Part shown: positions 50,378 through 60,088 of the stretch, one piece after another | Layout: every line of letters starts with the position of its first letter | How positions within the stretch are numbered: position 1 is the stretch's first letter | Source: Candidatus Bathyarchaeota archaeon | Lineage (GTDB): Archaea > Thermoproteota > Bathyarchaeia > TCS64 | DNA length: 64,000 bases | Assembly (NCBI GenBank): GCA_963769425.1 | Contig: CAVYLP010000001.1 | Span: 256,001-320,000, forward strand | Direction of reading: 5' to 3' | The notes under the pieces: model-generated | What the model was told of the DNA's origin: nothing | Databases searched by the model: none | Seen by the model: the letters and a program-made list of their open reading frames with translations, nothing else | Made by a program: the position numbers and the translations under genes

Positions 50378-51364
50378 TTATTGGTTGAAGGATGAGGTCC
50401 AGGGAAGGATTATCTTCCCTGTCTCATCCATCTCATCCCAATACTTCCACTGGTTGTCGACAGAGAGTTGCAGATACTCTAGGGCAGCCTCGTTCTCCCA
50501 GAGATGCGCGAACCTCCCCTGCTTCGTAACGTATTCTCGTATCTTCTTCCGGGGATTCGGCTTCGTAGTGAGGTGGAAGTGGCCGTTTTCGTACTCCCAT
50601 AAGACCCACATTCCGGTGTTTACTGCGGTTCGCCCTATCTCCACAGTCTCCTCCGGTGGGAACGCCCAGCCCTTGGGGCAGGGTGTAAGAAGCTGTACCA
50701 GTGAAGGTCTACCGCTATTAAGGGCTTTACGGACCTTGTTAACAAGGTCCACAGGGTAGGAGATGCAGGCGGTGGCGACGTAACCTATGGAGGGGTGAAC
50801 AGCAGCGATTAATGCCATGTCCTTCTTCAGCCTCTCGTTGCCTATGGGCTTCACCTTCCCTGACGGGGTGAACGTCGTTGAGGAGCCGAAGGGCGTTGTG
50901 CTAGAAGCCTGGACGCCTGTATTTGCGTAAGACTCGTTGTCGTATAGGAGGTAGAGCAGGCGGGAGTAGTCGTAGGTCAGACCCATTGACAAACCGCTCA
51001 GCCCTATATCTGAGAATCCCCCATCTCCACCGTAGACAATGACGTTTACGTCCTCCTTCTTCCGCTTACCCTTGAACATCAGCGACCGGAGCGCCGCGGC
51101 GGTGCCTATTCCAGCCGGTCCTCCTGCCCCGAGTTGGGTGTGGTACCATGGGACCGCGTATGGTGAGGATAGGAACTGGTGGCCGTTGGCGACGTACATG
51201 CAGCCGGTTGGACCGAGCACTACGGTCTTCGGGCCGGCGGCTTTGAGCACGAGCCGGTATCCGAGGGCGGGGCCACAGCCTGCACATGTCCGGTGCCCGG
51301 AGACGTAGTAGTCCTCCGGTGGTATTTCGGTTGGTTTTTGGATCAGTTTAGTTTCGCGGCTCAT
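50378..51364 (-). CDS. Oxalate oxidoreductase-like OFOR beta subunit (TPP, [4Fe-4S])
   Basis: GHRTCAGCGPAL.YRL..KAAGP, GPTGCMYVAN, GDGG, DNESYANTG, PCPKGW. Confidence 0.88.
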   Translation of the reverse strand: MSRETKLIQKPTEIPPEDYYVSGHRTCAGCGPALGYRLVLKAAGPKTVVLGPTGCMYVANGHQFLSSPYAVPWYHTQLGAGGPAGIGTAAALRSLMFKGKRKKEDVNVIVYGGDGGFSDIGLSGLSMGLTYDYSRLLYLLYDNESYANTGVQASSTTPFGSSTTFTPSGKVKPIGNERLKKDMALIAAVHPSIGYVATACISYPVDLVNKVRKALNSGRPSLVQLLTPCPKGWAFPPEETVEIGRTAVNTGMWVLWEYENGHFHLTTKPNPRKKIREYVTKQGRFAHLWENEAALEYLQLSVDNQWKYWDEMDETGKIILPWTSSFNQ

Positions 51365-52602
51365 TGATCTTCACCTCTCACGGTAACCCACCTGACGGGT
51401 TTGTCCACCTTACCCTTCTTCACTGATTCGATGAGCTGCTTCGTGGAGTTCTCGAGCTCCGTTAGCGTCATCTCTCTTCCACCAGCGAAAATGTAGTCCA
51501 TTATTATCGGCCTGTTTTTGGAGTCGTAAAGCGCCGCCTTGACCTCGTTGTATAATACGCTACCGTTCCAGGGAGAGCCGAGGCTGAATGAGAAGTCGAT
51601 CACGCCTACTCCCCTCACGTCCTCGAGGATGTTTTTCAGCTCCTCTGTTGGGAAGGGTCGGAGATATTTTAGCCTCAGGGAACCAACTTTGATTCCCTTC
51701 TCGCGTAGTTTCTCGACTATGTAGTCTGCGTTACGTGAGTATGCACCCATCGACAGTAGGACGTAGTCAGCGTCTTCCATCTTCATTGACTCGAACCATG
51801 GATCGACCTCCTTGCCGGTTATGTCGCCCCAGCTCTTCCAAGCCTCGGGGATGACGACGTTCTTAGCTCTCTTAATTGCGGCGTCGAGAGACTTCCTCTG
51901 CTCTGGCCCTATTAGTGAGGGGGCTATGTGCATGGCCTTGCTGACGGTGTCGTAGCTGGGGTCTAGTGGGTGTGGTTGCTTGTATGGGGGTAAGAAGCGG
52001 TCCACGAGATCCTTCTTTGGGGGAAGGACGGGTGACGCGACGTGTGTGATGGTGGCGCCGTCTAGGGCAACGAAGTGTGGGAGTAGTACCCGCTCATCTT
52101 CCGCGATCTTGTAGGCGACGAGGGTCATCTCCAGTGCTTCCTGCGGGTCTTTAGACCAATTCATTAGCCAGCCAACGTCCCTGAACAGGAAGGCATCATT
52201 CCACTCCATGCCAAAGTTTCCGGGATCGTCGAGTGATCTGCACCCAACGACGCCGACGACGGGTAGCTGGCCGAGGGCGGTCGTTATGACGGCTTCAGTT
52301 CCGTATATTAGCCCGGTTCCGGAGCTTCCGACGAATGTCCTCGCACCAACGGCGGAGGCGTGCTTTACAACCTCGAATTGACTGTGCTCTGAGTCGCATA
52401 TGAGGTACTCGGCGTAGAAGTCTCCACCCGCTATCATTGTTGCTAGTGAGTTCATTATGCCCGTGTAGGGTCGAATCGGGTAGGCGGCGATGACGTCCAC
52501 GTCGGCTAGTTTCACGGCCTCGGCTACGGCTCTCGCCCCTGTCCATACCCGCCTCTTCTGAACGCTCTTTTGCACTGATACTTGCGAAGTTTTACTCATC
52601 AT
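51361..52602 (-). CDS. Oxalate oxidoreductase-like OFOR alpha subunit
   Basis: YPIRPYTGIM (not YPITP), EH, GSSG, RSLDDPGNFG. Confidence 0.85.
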   Translation of the reverse strand: MMSKTSQVSVQKSVQKRRVWTGARAVAEAVKLADVDVIAAYPIRPYTGIMNSLATMIAGGDFYAEYLICDSEHSQFEVVKHASAVGARTFVGSSGTGLIYGTEAVITTALGQLPVVGVVGCRSLDDPGNFGMEWNDAFLFRDVGWLMNWSKDPQEALEMTLVAYKIAEDERVLLPHFVALDGATITHVASPVLPPKKDLVDRFLPPYKQPHPLDPSYDTVSKAMHIAPSLIGPEQRKSLDAAIKRAKNVVIPEAWKSWGDITGKEVDPWFESMKMEDADYVLLSMGAYSRNADYIVEKLREKGIKVGSLRLKYLRPFPTEELKNILEDVRGVGVIDFSFSLGSPWNGSVLYNEVKAALYDSKNRPIIMDYIFAGGREMTLTELENSTKQLIESVKKGKVDKPVRWVTVRGEDQ

Positions 52603-52609
52603 CAGCACC

Positions 52610-53734
52610 TCAGTACGCGTACTCGATGAGCGCCTCGCGTATTGTGAGGAACTCCTCCTCATCGAGGCCCTCTAGGGCGGCGAGTTCATGTGGCATCGAT
52701 ATCGCCTTTGGCCCGCAGACCTTTGCACATATGCCGCACCCCTTGCAGTAGTCGTAGTCTACCTTGATAGTGTCGAAATCGATGGCTCCATCGGGGCAGA
52801 AGATGTGGCAGAGTTTGCAGTCCACACATTTGCTCTTGTCGATGACGGGTCGGAATGTTCTAGCGAAGCTCGTCTTGAAGCCGAAGTTCCTCTCACCCAC
52901 ATTAGGGCCGAACTCGATGAGGGCCGGCGCGATCTGTTCCCAAGTCGGCATCGCCTTCATTCTCTCCTCGTAGGTTGGGGCTTCGGCTACGGCTCGCTTG
53001 ATCTTGAGGTAGGACTCCTTGTCCCAAGGACCGGGCTTAGCTCCCCCTACTTTGGCACCTTCGCCGAGGTGCGATACTTTACTATACTGCTCGCACTCGG
53101 AAGCCTTGAGCGAGACATCAATCGACTCGGCTTCGTCGTATGCTCTCCTCACGGCGTCAACGGCTTCCCTCTGGTCCTCAGAAGATTCGAGGGAGTCGAT
53201 GACGTGTTCTAGTGTGACCAAGGGTTCCATCGACTTGGCGATGGCACCTATCATTCCGTATGCTATATTCTTGTCATACTTTTTTGCGCGCAGAGTGAAT
53301 ATTTTTCCATCCCAATCGTGGGCGCAGCCATACTTTTTGACCAGTCTGAGGATTACATCGGGTTTGAGCGACGTGTTGACCACGAGCGAGGCGTTCCTCT
53401 TCGCCCCGTCGAGAAGCAGCGCCCTCTGCGAGGTCGACTTAACGAGGAGGGACGAGTCGAGGACGGCAATCGTGTCGAATACGCTGCCGATGGGCTCAAC
53501 CTCCTCTGGCAGTATCATTTTGATCTTTGGGTTACCGAAGACGGCATAGTAGATGAAGGGCAGCTGAACCCTCTCAGGGCTGTCGTCGTATCTCATGTAG
53601 TAGAAGGCTTCTCTCCCCGCGGCTACGCCCGCCTGTGAAAGCGTCAGCGCTATCTGGGAAGAGTGAGCCGTGTTTATTACCCCCCGTCCGTGGATGGCCA
53701 GCCACGTCAGGCTCTCAAGCTCGGGTGAAGACAT
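52610..53734 (-). CDS. Oxalate oxidoreductase-like fused gamma-delta subunit, 2x[4Fe-4S]
   Basis: HGRGVIN in place of GRGGQG, Y.D.PER, CVDCKLC...CP and CKGCGIC...C. Confidence 0.82.
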   Translation of the reverse strand: MSSPELESLTWLAIHGRGVINTAHSSQIALTLSQAGVAAGREAFYYMRYDDSPERVQLPFIYYAVFGNPKIKMILPEEVEPIGSVFDTIAVLDSSLLVKSTSQRALLLDGAKRNASLVVNTSLKPDVILRLVKKYGCAHDWDGKIFTLRAKKYDKNIAYGMIGAIAKSMEPLVTLEHVIDSLESSEDQREAVDAVRRAYDEAESIDVSLKASECEQYSKVSHLGEGAKVGGAKPGPWDKESYLKIKRAVAEAPTYEERMKAMPTWEQIAPALIEFGPNVGERNFGFKTSFARTFRPVIDKSKCVDCKLCHIFCPDGAIDFDTIKVDYDYCKGCGICAKVCGPKAISMPHELAALEGLDEEEFLTIREALIEYAY

Positions 53735-53964
53735 ACCACTCCCAGAGAGCTTTACGATGGGCTCTTTTAAGATATGTTGCGCTGGTGGGCATGATTCTCG
53801 ATTAGGAAATTTGGGGATCTTACAAAGAAGCGATTATTCTCTGCAACTGCTTGTAGAGATTTTTTTCGCCAGCTCTTGGACTACCTTATCGAAACCCATT
53901 GAGCCATTAAATGTGAAATTCTACAGTTTAAGAACTTCCGTTTACACTAAACAATCGACCCTTT

Positions 53965-54354
53965 ATGGATCAGACAATCGTTCACTTCGAGATACCCGCA
54001 AAGGACCTTGAAAAGCTCAAGGGATTCTACGAGAAAGTTTTCGGATGGAAGATAGTGAAGTCGCCTCCGATGGCGGAGATGGAATACTGGATCATCCAGA
54101 CGGTGCCTACAGACGATAAGGGCATGCTCCTCCGCCCCGGGGTTAATGGTGGCATGTACAAGAAGGAAATGGAAGGTGCAACCGCCGTAAACTACGTCGC
54201 TGTCGCCGATATAGACAAGGCGATCAAGGAGGCGAAGAGACTCGGTGCGAAGGTTGTCAGTGACAAGGCGGAGATACCTAAGATCGGATGGTTCGCGGTC
54301 CTCAGAGATCCCGAGGGCAACCCAATTGGAATGTTGCAGCCGGCTCCGATGTAA
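53965..54354 (+). CDS. VOC/glyoxalase family protein
   Basis: IVHFEIP, FYEKVFGW, DPEGN. Confidence 0.9.
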   Translation: MDQTIVHFEIPAKDLEKLKGFYEKVFGWKIVKSPPMAEMEYWIIQTVPTDDKGMLLRPGVNGGMYKKEMEGATAVNYVAVADIDKAIKEAKRLGAKVVSDKAEIPKIGWFAVLRDPEGNPIGMLQPAPM

Positions 54355-54364
54355 TATCGCGCTG

Positions 54365-55087
54365 CTAGAATTTTTTGATTATCTCGAAAACTTGTTTGTA
54401 TAGATTTGTCCTAGTCAACTTGTCAGGTTGTCCTATGGATTCCTCAACTGAGGAGTCGAAGTCGATACAGCCTAAGTATCTGACACTCATTTTCCTCGTC
54501 TCCGCCTCGATATAGCCCGTGTGATCCATGGACATGTTCTCCAGTACGCCTATCGTTGGTACATGTTGGTCTTTGAGTAGGACGAGAAGTTTACGGACGG
54601 ACTCGTAGGCTAATCGACTCGGCGTTGTTACTACCAGGAACTCTATTCGGGGGATGAGTCGGATCATGTCGAGGGTGGCGTCTCCTATGCCGGGGGGCAT
54701 GTCTATGATAAGGTAGTCTAGGGTCTCCCAACGGGTTATAGCGAGTAGCTCGATTATGGCGTTGCTCGCATCAGCGCCGCGTAGGGGGACGGGCTCGTCG
54801 GTGCTGTAGTGGACTATGCTCATGTAGTGGAGGCCGTGGGCAAGGGGGGGAGTTATTCCCCTCTCCTCGTGTGGGACGAGGCCCTCGACGCCGAGGATGA
54901 CATGTGTGCTAGGGCTTGTAAAGTCTAGGTCAAGTAAGCCGACACTCCGCCCCTTGTCTCTAAGGGCCAGGGACAGGGCGACGGCGATCATGCTCTTGCC
55001 CACTCCCCCCTTCCCGCTGCTTACGGCAATAATCCGCTTGACTTTGTCGAATCTCTCGGGGATTATGGCGAGGCGGGGGTCGCTCAC
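54365..55087 (-). CDS. Mrp/NBP35 family P-loop ATPase
   Basis: SGKGGVGKS, DMPPG.GD, ENMS. Confidence 0.9.
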   Translation of the reverse strand: MSDPRLAIIPERFDKVKRIIAVSSGKGGVGKSMIAVALSLALRDKGRSVGLLDLDFTSPSTHVILGVEGLVPHEERGITPPLAHGLHYMSIVHYSTDEPVPLRGADASNAIIELLAITRWETLDYLIIDMPPGIGDATLDMIRLIPRIEFLVVTTPSRLAYESVRKLLVLLKDQHVPTIGVLENMSMDHTGYIEAETRKMSVRYLGCIDFDSSVEESIGQPDKLTRTNLYKQVFEIIKKF

Positions 55088-55488
55088 TCCTTCTTCCTCC
55101 CCTTCATGCTTGCGAGCCAGACACCGCGCCCCTCGGTTATCTCGAAGTCGGGGCTACCGCAGTTGGGGCACTTGAGGTAGACGTGTGCCATCTCGGGGAC
55201 GAAGTGGATTGCCTCGCCTGTTTCCTCGTCCAGCTTATTCGTCTCCAGCTTCCACTCGTGACCACACTTACGGCACTTGAAGGCGGCGGGAACCGTTTCT
55301 ATGACGAATTTGGTGTTTTTCATCCGTGGGGTCCGCATCTGGTCGAGGGCGAACTCGATGATTTCGTGCTCGATCTGCTGTAGTTCGCCGATGGCTATCC
55401 TGACCTCGGTTACCTCCTCCATGCCCTGATCCTCGGCGAACTTGTCGGCGGTTTTGATGATGCCCTCGGCTAGGGCCCACTCGTGCAT
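55084..55488 (-). CDS. hypA: Hydrogenase nickel incorporation protein HypA
   Basis: MHE, C..CG, CP.CGS. Confidence 0.95.
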   Translation of the reverse strand: MHEWALAEGIIKTADKFAEDQGMEEVTEVRIAIGELQQIEHEIIEFALDQMRTPRMKNTKFVIETVPAAFKCRKCGHEWKLETNKLDEETGEAIHFVPEMAHVYLKCPNCGSPDFEITEGRGVWLASMKGRKKE

Positions 55489-55549
55489 GGCTCACAGGAA
55501 ATACGCGAACCTAATAGATATTGCGTGCGCGTTTTCTAATCTAGTTAAT

Positions 55550-55569
55550 CTTTGGGTTAAGCCTCATCT
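55550..55569 (+). repeat. 20-bp direct repeat, copy 1 (CTTTGGGTTAAGCCTCATCT)
   Basis: Identical to 57634-57653. Confidence 0.85.
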
Positions 55570-55614
55570 ACGTGCGTAAACAGCGTTCTAAGAGTGCGTG
55601 GGATGAGTTGCCGA

Positions 55615-56007
55615 CTAGGAACTGGGCTTCGGCATCATGCCTCCTAACACTTCGGTTAGAGGCGGCATGCTGATCGGTTCATCTTCGACTATTAATCCGT
55701 TGGATAGACGGTAGTAGGTGATTACTCTGGCAGAGACTTCTTTTCCGCTGGTAGGGATGAAGTGCATGTTACCCCGAAACACTACCGAGTCGCCTTCGGC
55801 TACAAGGTTCGTGATTTCAAATTTGCGTATCGGTACGGCCGTCTTCAGGCCAGAAATCACGGCCTTGAAGCCATCACGGTTGGTGACACCCATGCTCGGG
55901 TTCGTGTAATTCGGCGCAAGTAATTCATCCATTACGCCGACTTTGCCTTCACCCAAAACTTCGGTGATAAAACGGCGGACCACCGCCTTATTCTTATCAA
56001 TGGACAT
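55615..56007 (-). CDS. SnoaL-like ester cyclase/NTF2 family protein
   Basis: NKAVVRRF..EV, LVAEGD.V, PTSGK, G.I.E. Confidence 0.85.
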   Translation of the reverse strand: MSIDKNKAVVRRFITEVLGEGKVGVMDELLAPNYTNPSMGVTNRDGFKAVISGLKTAVPIRKFEITNLVAEGDSVVFRGNMHFIPTSGKEVSARVITYYRLSNGLIVEDEPISMPPLTEVLGGMMPKPSS

Positions 56008-56211
56008 TTCGGATTCACCTATGCTTCGAAAACTTTCGTTTAATATAAACCGTGGTTACTTGGGTTTCGTCGCGCGTTTGCAATAATCTTTTCCTTACCT
56101 CCCCTTGTGGGTTACTCGGAGCTCAGGCTCACGAAGTTAATCCCCTACGTTCTATCCGCGCGGCATGTCTGAGGTATGAAGTTATTAGCATTCACCAATC
56201 TCATATTTGAC

Positions 56212-56835
56212 ATGGCTGAGTTGGACGATTTCAAGGAACTCAGGGAACGTGGGCTAGACCGTATACTGGGACTAAGTGACGGAATCTTCGCCTTCGCTAT
56301 TACCCTGATGGTTCTAGACCTCGTCGTTCCAGTAATCGGACAAGGAGATGTATCCTCTCTGCCAAGCCTGTTAGCCGGTGAGTCACTGGGCTTCATTAAC
56401 TACTTCCTGAGCTTCGTCATAATAGCCATCTGGTGGAACGCGCACCATCGTAACTTCGAGTACATCAACGGCTACGATGGGTTATTGAAGGTGCTGAACC
56501 TCATGGTTCTTCTTTCAATCACGCTGGTTCCATTCTTCACGAAGCTCCTTGATGTGTGGAACGCTGCGCCATTTGCTGTCGCTCTCTATGCTTTGAATCA
56601 GGGCTTAGCGGGTTTTTTCCTGTCTTTGACTTGGTGGCATGCGACGAGGAACCGTAGATTCGTTGATTCACATTTAGATCAGAGAGTTATTAAGAGAATT
56701 AGGATCTCTGGTTTCATTGCACCGATTGCCTTCTTCGTGTCGATTCCCCTAAGCTTCATCAGCGTGTTGCTTTGTTGGATCTCATGGTACGCTATGGTGC
56801 CGGCGACATTAATCATCAGGCTAAGGTACAGATAG
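56212..56835 (+). CDS. TMEM175-family K+ channel (DUF1211)
   Basis: R....SDGIFA.AITL, SF..I...W..HH. Confidence 0.9.
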   Translation: MAELDDFKELRERGLDRILGLSDGIFAFAITLMVLDLVVPVIGQGDVSSLPSLLAGESLGFINYFLSFVIIAIWWNAHHRNFEYINGYDGLLKVLNLMVLLSITLVPFFTKLLDVWNAAPFAVALYALNQGLAGFFLSLTWWHATRNRRFVDSHLDQRVIKRIRISGFIAPIAFFVSIPLSFISVLLCWISWYAMVPATLIIRLRYR

Positions 56836-57240
56836 GATGCCCGAGGCGCCTCAATGCACCATTAGATAACCTGCCCGCGCATGTTCTCCCCTAAGCTGCC
56901 TTCGTAACGTGTGCGCCAGTTATTTTACTTCCAATAGGTCATCAGTCGCCTTTTTGCCGCCTTTGGAAAGGAACGCTGAACACTTCTTCTTAGTCAGTGG
57001 TTTACTCTTTGTACATCTGCCACCCTCAAACCAGATGCAAATGTTACATGACATCCATATCACTCAGTCAATAGTGATCTAAACTCGCTGAGCAATAAAG
57101 CAGATATGAGCGTCTACAGTTTGCGCGCATTCAATAGCCTTATTCTGACTTCCACGGGTGGGCGAAGTGTCTCTAACGAGTCCCTGAAAAGGGCGCACGA
57201 TGTTTAAATCTCCATCAACATATCAACTGGTCGGATTAAT

Positions 57241-57591
57241 ATGTACATCAAGAAAGCAGCAGACCTTGAATGGAAAAAACCGCCAACCGGCTACTACCTG
57301 AGCGACGTAAGAGAAAAAATACTTTGGACCGATCCTAAAACGGGAGCCTTAGTCTCCTTAATGAAGTGGCCCCCAGGGCCGATCGATATGAAGCATAAGC
57401 ATCCTCACGCGAATCAGTGGAACTATATCCTGAGTGGAAAAATCAAGGAAAAAGATGGCCCTGTAGAGGACGCGGCTGGGGTGATGGGTTACTGCCCTAA
57501 AAGTGAGAGCCACGGTGGGACGATAGCTGTTGAAGAGTGCATCGTGTTATTCCACTGGGATGGGCCTAGGGACCCGGAGATAATCAAGTAG
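57241..57591 (+). CDS. Cupin (ChrR-like) protein
   Basis: H.HP.....YILSG, P....HG. Confidence 0.8.
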   Translation: MYIKKAADLEWKKPPTGYYLSDVREKILWTDPKTGALVSLMKWPPGPIDMKHKHPHANQWNYILSGKIKEKDGPVEDAAGVMGYCPKSESHGGTIAVEECIVLFHWDGPRDPEIIK

Positions 57592-57633
57592 CTATTATAG
57601 TTGAATGCCTCGAAAAATCTTATCTCAAAGTTA

Positions 57634-57653
57634 CTTTGGGTTAAGCCTCATCT
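57634..57653 (+). repeat. 20-bp direct repeat, copy 2
   Basis: Identical to 55550-55569. Confidence 0.85.
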
Positions 57654-57847
57654 TATATACAATAATCTTAACCTGAATTCCATCTGATAAACAAACATTT
57701 TATTAGATTTTTATATGATTGGTAATGCGTTAAGCGGTCAGCTTGCGCGCGCCCATTACCTGAACCAGTCACTAGACGCAAGGAAGAAGTCATTCAGACT
57801 CTCATTCGGTACAGTAACGGTGATCGAGGACCCTGTAACTATCAATC

Positions 57848-58549
57848 TTAGCCACTATAATGGAGATAGCTGTAGGACATAGGCGTACCAACCTGAGCAG
57901 CTGAGCTTTCCACGTCTTTTGCTGCATACACCGGACCAAACATGCTGAGAGTATACCAGCCATTCTCAAGGTGAGAAGTGTGATAAATCCCCGTTTCCGT
58001 TACATTCGATGACCAGACCACTGGAGCCTGCCATATCACGCCACTGCTATGGTTTGTGTGGTATATCTCATTGACAGTCCCAACTCTCACCCAGGACTCG
58101 TTCTTCCAAGCGTCTCCCCTCTGTAACGTGAGGTTGATTGGGTACTTGCCAACAGAGTCTATGAATAGGTCAATGCTCACAGTTGAGCTGTTTCTCGGAA
58201 TGTAAAGTACACTAATTGTTTTCGTGTCATCGTAGGTGTCTGGGTAATTGTATTCGAAGTACATAGGGTAGGATGATACTAGTTGGACTCCTGATTGGTA
58301 GAGTCCGGGGCTGTAGTTTGGAGGTTTTAGCAGGTTGACGAGATTCTCGAATGTCGACAGTTGAAGTACTCGTTGGTTTAACGACTCTATCTCTGCGTCC
58401 TTCGTTTTCAACTCTGTGTTCTTGCTTTGGAGGTCGTTGTACTGTATCCACGTGAAGCCTGAGACGATCAAGAGTACTACCAGCATCACCGTGATGATGT
58501 TTGTATGTGTGTTTGGTTGATGTGTGCTAGTAGACAATCTAAGAACCAT
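57848..58549 (-). CDS. Hypothetical membrane-anchored extracellular protein (TM, coiled coil, beta-rich domain)
   Basis: 233-aa ORF, with TTTAAG about 25 nt upstream of the ATG. Confidence 0.65.
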   Translation of the reverse strand: MVLRLSTSTHQPNTHTNIITVMLVVLLIVSGFTWIQYNDLQSKNTELKTKDAEIESLNQRVLQLSTFENLVNLLKPPNYSPGLYQSGVQLVSSYPMYFEYNYPDTYDDTKTISVLYIPRNSSTVSIDLFIDSVGKYPINLTLQRGDAWKNESWVRVGTVNEIYHTNHSSGVIWQAPVVWSSNVTETGIYHTSHLENGWYTLSMFGPVYAAKDVESSAAQVGTPMSYSYLHYSG

Positions 58550-58746
58550 TAGTGACTCTCATGTCACACCTTAAACGGGTTTCTCGCGTGTACACAAGCG
58601 AGGCAGCTTCTTAATCTCATCCTCACTTCCACCTGATACTAGGATAGATGTTTTATCGCTGACACCTCAAATCCTGGGACCTGCGCGTGCAAGACATCAT
58701 AAAGGGTTAAAGGATAGCTACGCGTAAAGAGAATCTGTAAATTCCT

Positions 58747-58977
58747 ATGTTCGGTCAGTTAGTCACCGATAGCATCAATGATGACTATGCGAGCACGCAT
58801 CCCCTATTACTAGTCTTAGTGATCGTCATACTAGTTGTTATTGTTATTCTATTGTACGTATTCAGGGAAAAGAGGAAAAAAAACAAGTATGAGCCAGAGA
58901 AGAAGCGCGACCCTGACGACCCTAATTTGGTATGGGGGCCTCTGAGCGGTGGTAAGCCCATTGGTCCGCCTAGCTAA
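58747..58977 (+). CDS. Small single-TM protein
   Basis: Hydrophobic run followed by a basic cluster. Confidence 0.55.
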   Translation: MFGQLVTDSINDDYASTHPLLLVLVIVILVVIVILLYVFREKRKKNKYEPEKKRDPDDPNLVWGPLSGGKPIGPPS

Positions 58978-60088
58978 GGTTAATGTGAAGTATTGTAGGG
59001 CCCTTTTCATAAAATTAACAGGCTAGAATGATCAAGCCTAACATTACGCCTAGGAACTTTATAGTAGATCCGCTTGTCCTCAATTCCACCAATACTCAAA
59101 CTGGATTCGGGTGGCTGAATTAGACGCAATAAATTAGTATATTTTGGCCTTTGTTTAAACTTAGCACATACAGTGCATTAAAATGCAAATAGGAGGGCGT
59201 AGAAGTCGCTATAGATGGCATATGGTACAATGGAACGCGCTTATACCCCGGCGGCTGTGATTGGTTTGCCCAGGTGGGAGCGGACGAAAGGTCGAAGCAG
59301 TGGAAGACCTGAAAGCCGCGGAGCCGTGAGGAGTGGGCTGCGAAGGAACTTGGCTGGCTTTGGCTAGTCGGGAAACCTGCACTCCCCAGTTGACAACGCC
59401 AAAGCGTGGTCAACGCGGTGACCTCGCCTGGACACCCCCCGTATGCTCATGTGCATGTGGAGGTTCTAAAGCTACATTTCCAAAGATGGTTTAATGGAGT
59501 CGACTAACTGATGAAAATAAAAGATGTGAAAAAGGGCTATAGGTTATTGACCGAATCCGAGAAGCGGAACAATCAACTTCTAGAGGCGTTGAAGACGGTT
59601 CGCGGTACGAAGAAGTATTACCCACCAGTCGGGCGCGCGAATTAGCTGTTCTGTTGGCCAGTCATGGTCTGTGTTGAACGTTCTTTCGCCGTTCAGAGGC
59701 ACTTTCAACGTGTTCCAGAGCTTTCTTGTCTCTGAGTGCCTCGTGTTGGAGAACCTCGTTCAGCTTTTCTCTAATAATTGGATATGGGGTATCCGAAGCG
59801 AACGTGCCCACCTCGCGTATTCTCAAATATGTTCGTCCAACCTGCTCCATATCTTGACCGACACTGTCGTAAGAAGTCTCTAGTGCGATCTTCATAGTAC
59901 CGTCCATTTTTACAGGCTGCGGCAACGTATTTTTTCGGACAGCTAATTCAGTGTTATCGACGAGTACTCGCCTCTTCTGGGACCCTATAAGACATCAACG
60001 CGAGTTTATTCAAGGTTCCTTTAGGCTACCCTCCGATTTGCACATACCGTTGGTCGTCTAGCGGTAAGATACTTAAACGGGTGTTCAG

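Noticed and set aside
21925-55488. Hydrogenase gene cluster
   Set aside because: Only scattered maturation genes (hypC; hypA-mrp) are present, with no structural subunits in the window.
55500-59650. Classical integron/CALIN
   Set aside because: No IntI gene, genes are in mixed orientation, and I could not find consistent RYYYAAC...GTTRRRY attC pairs.
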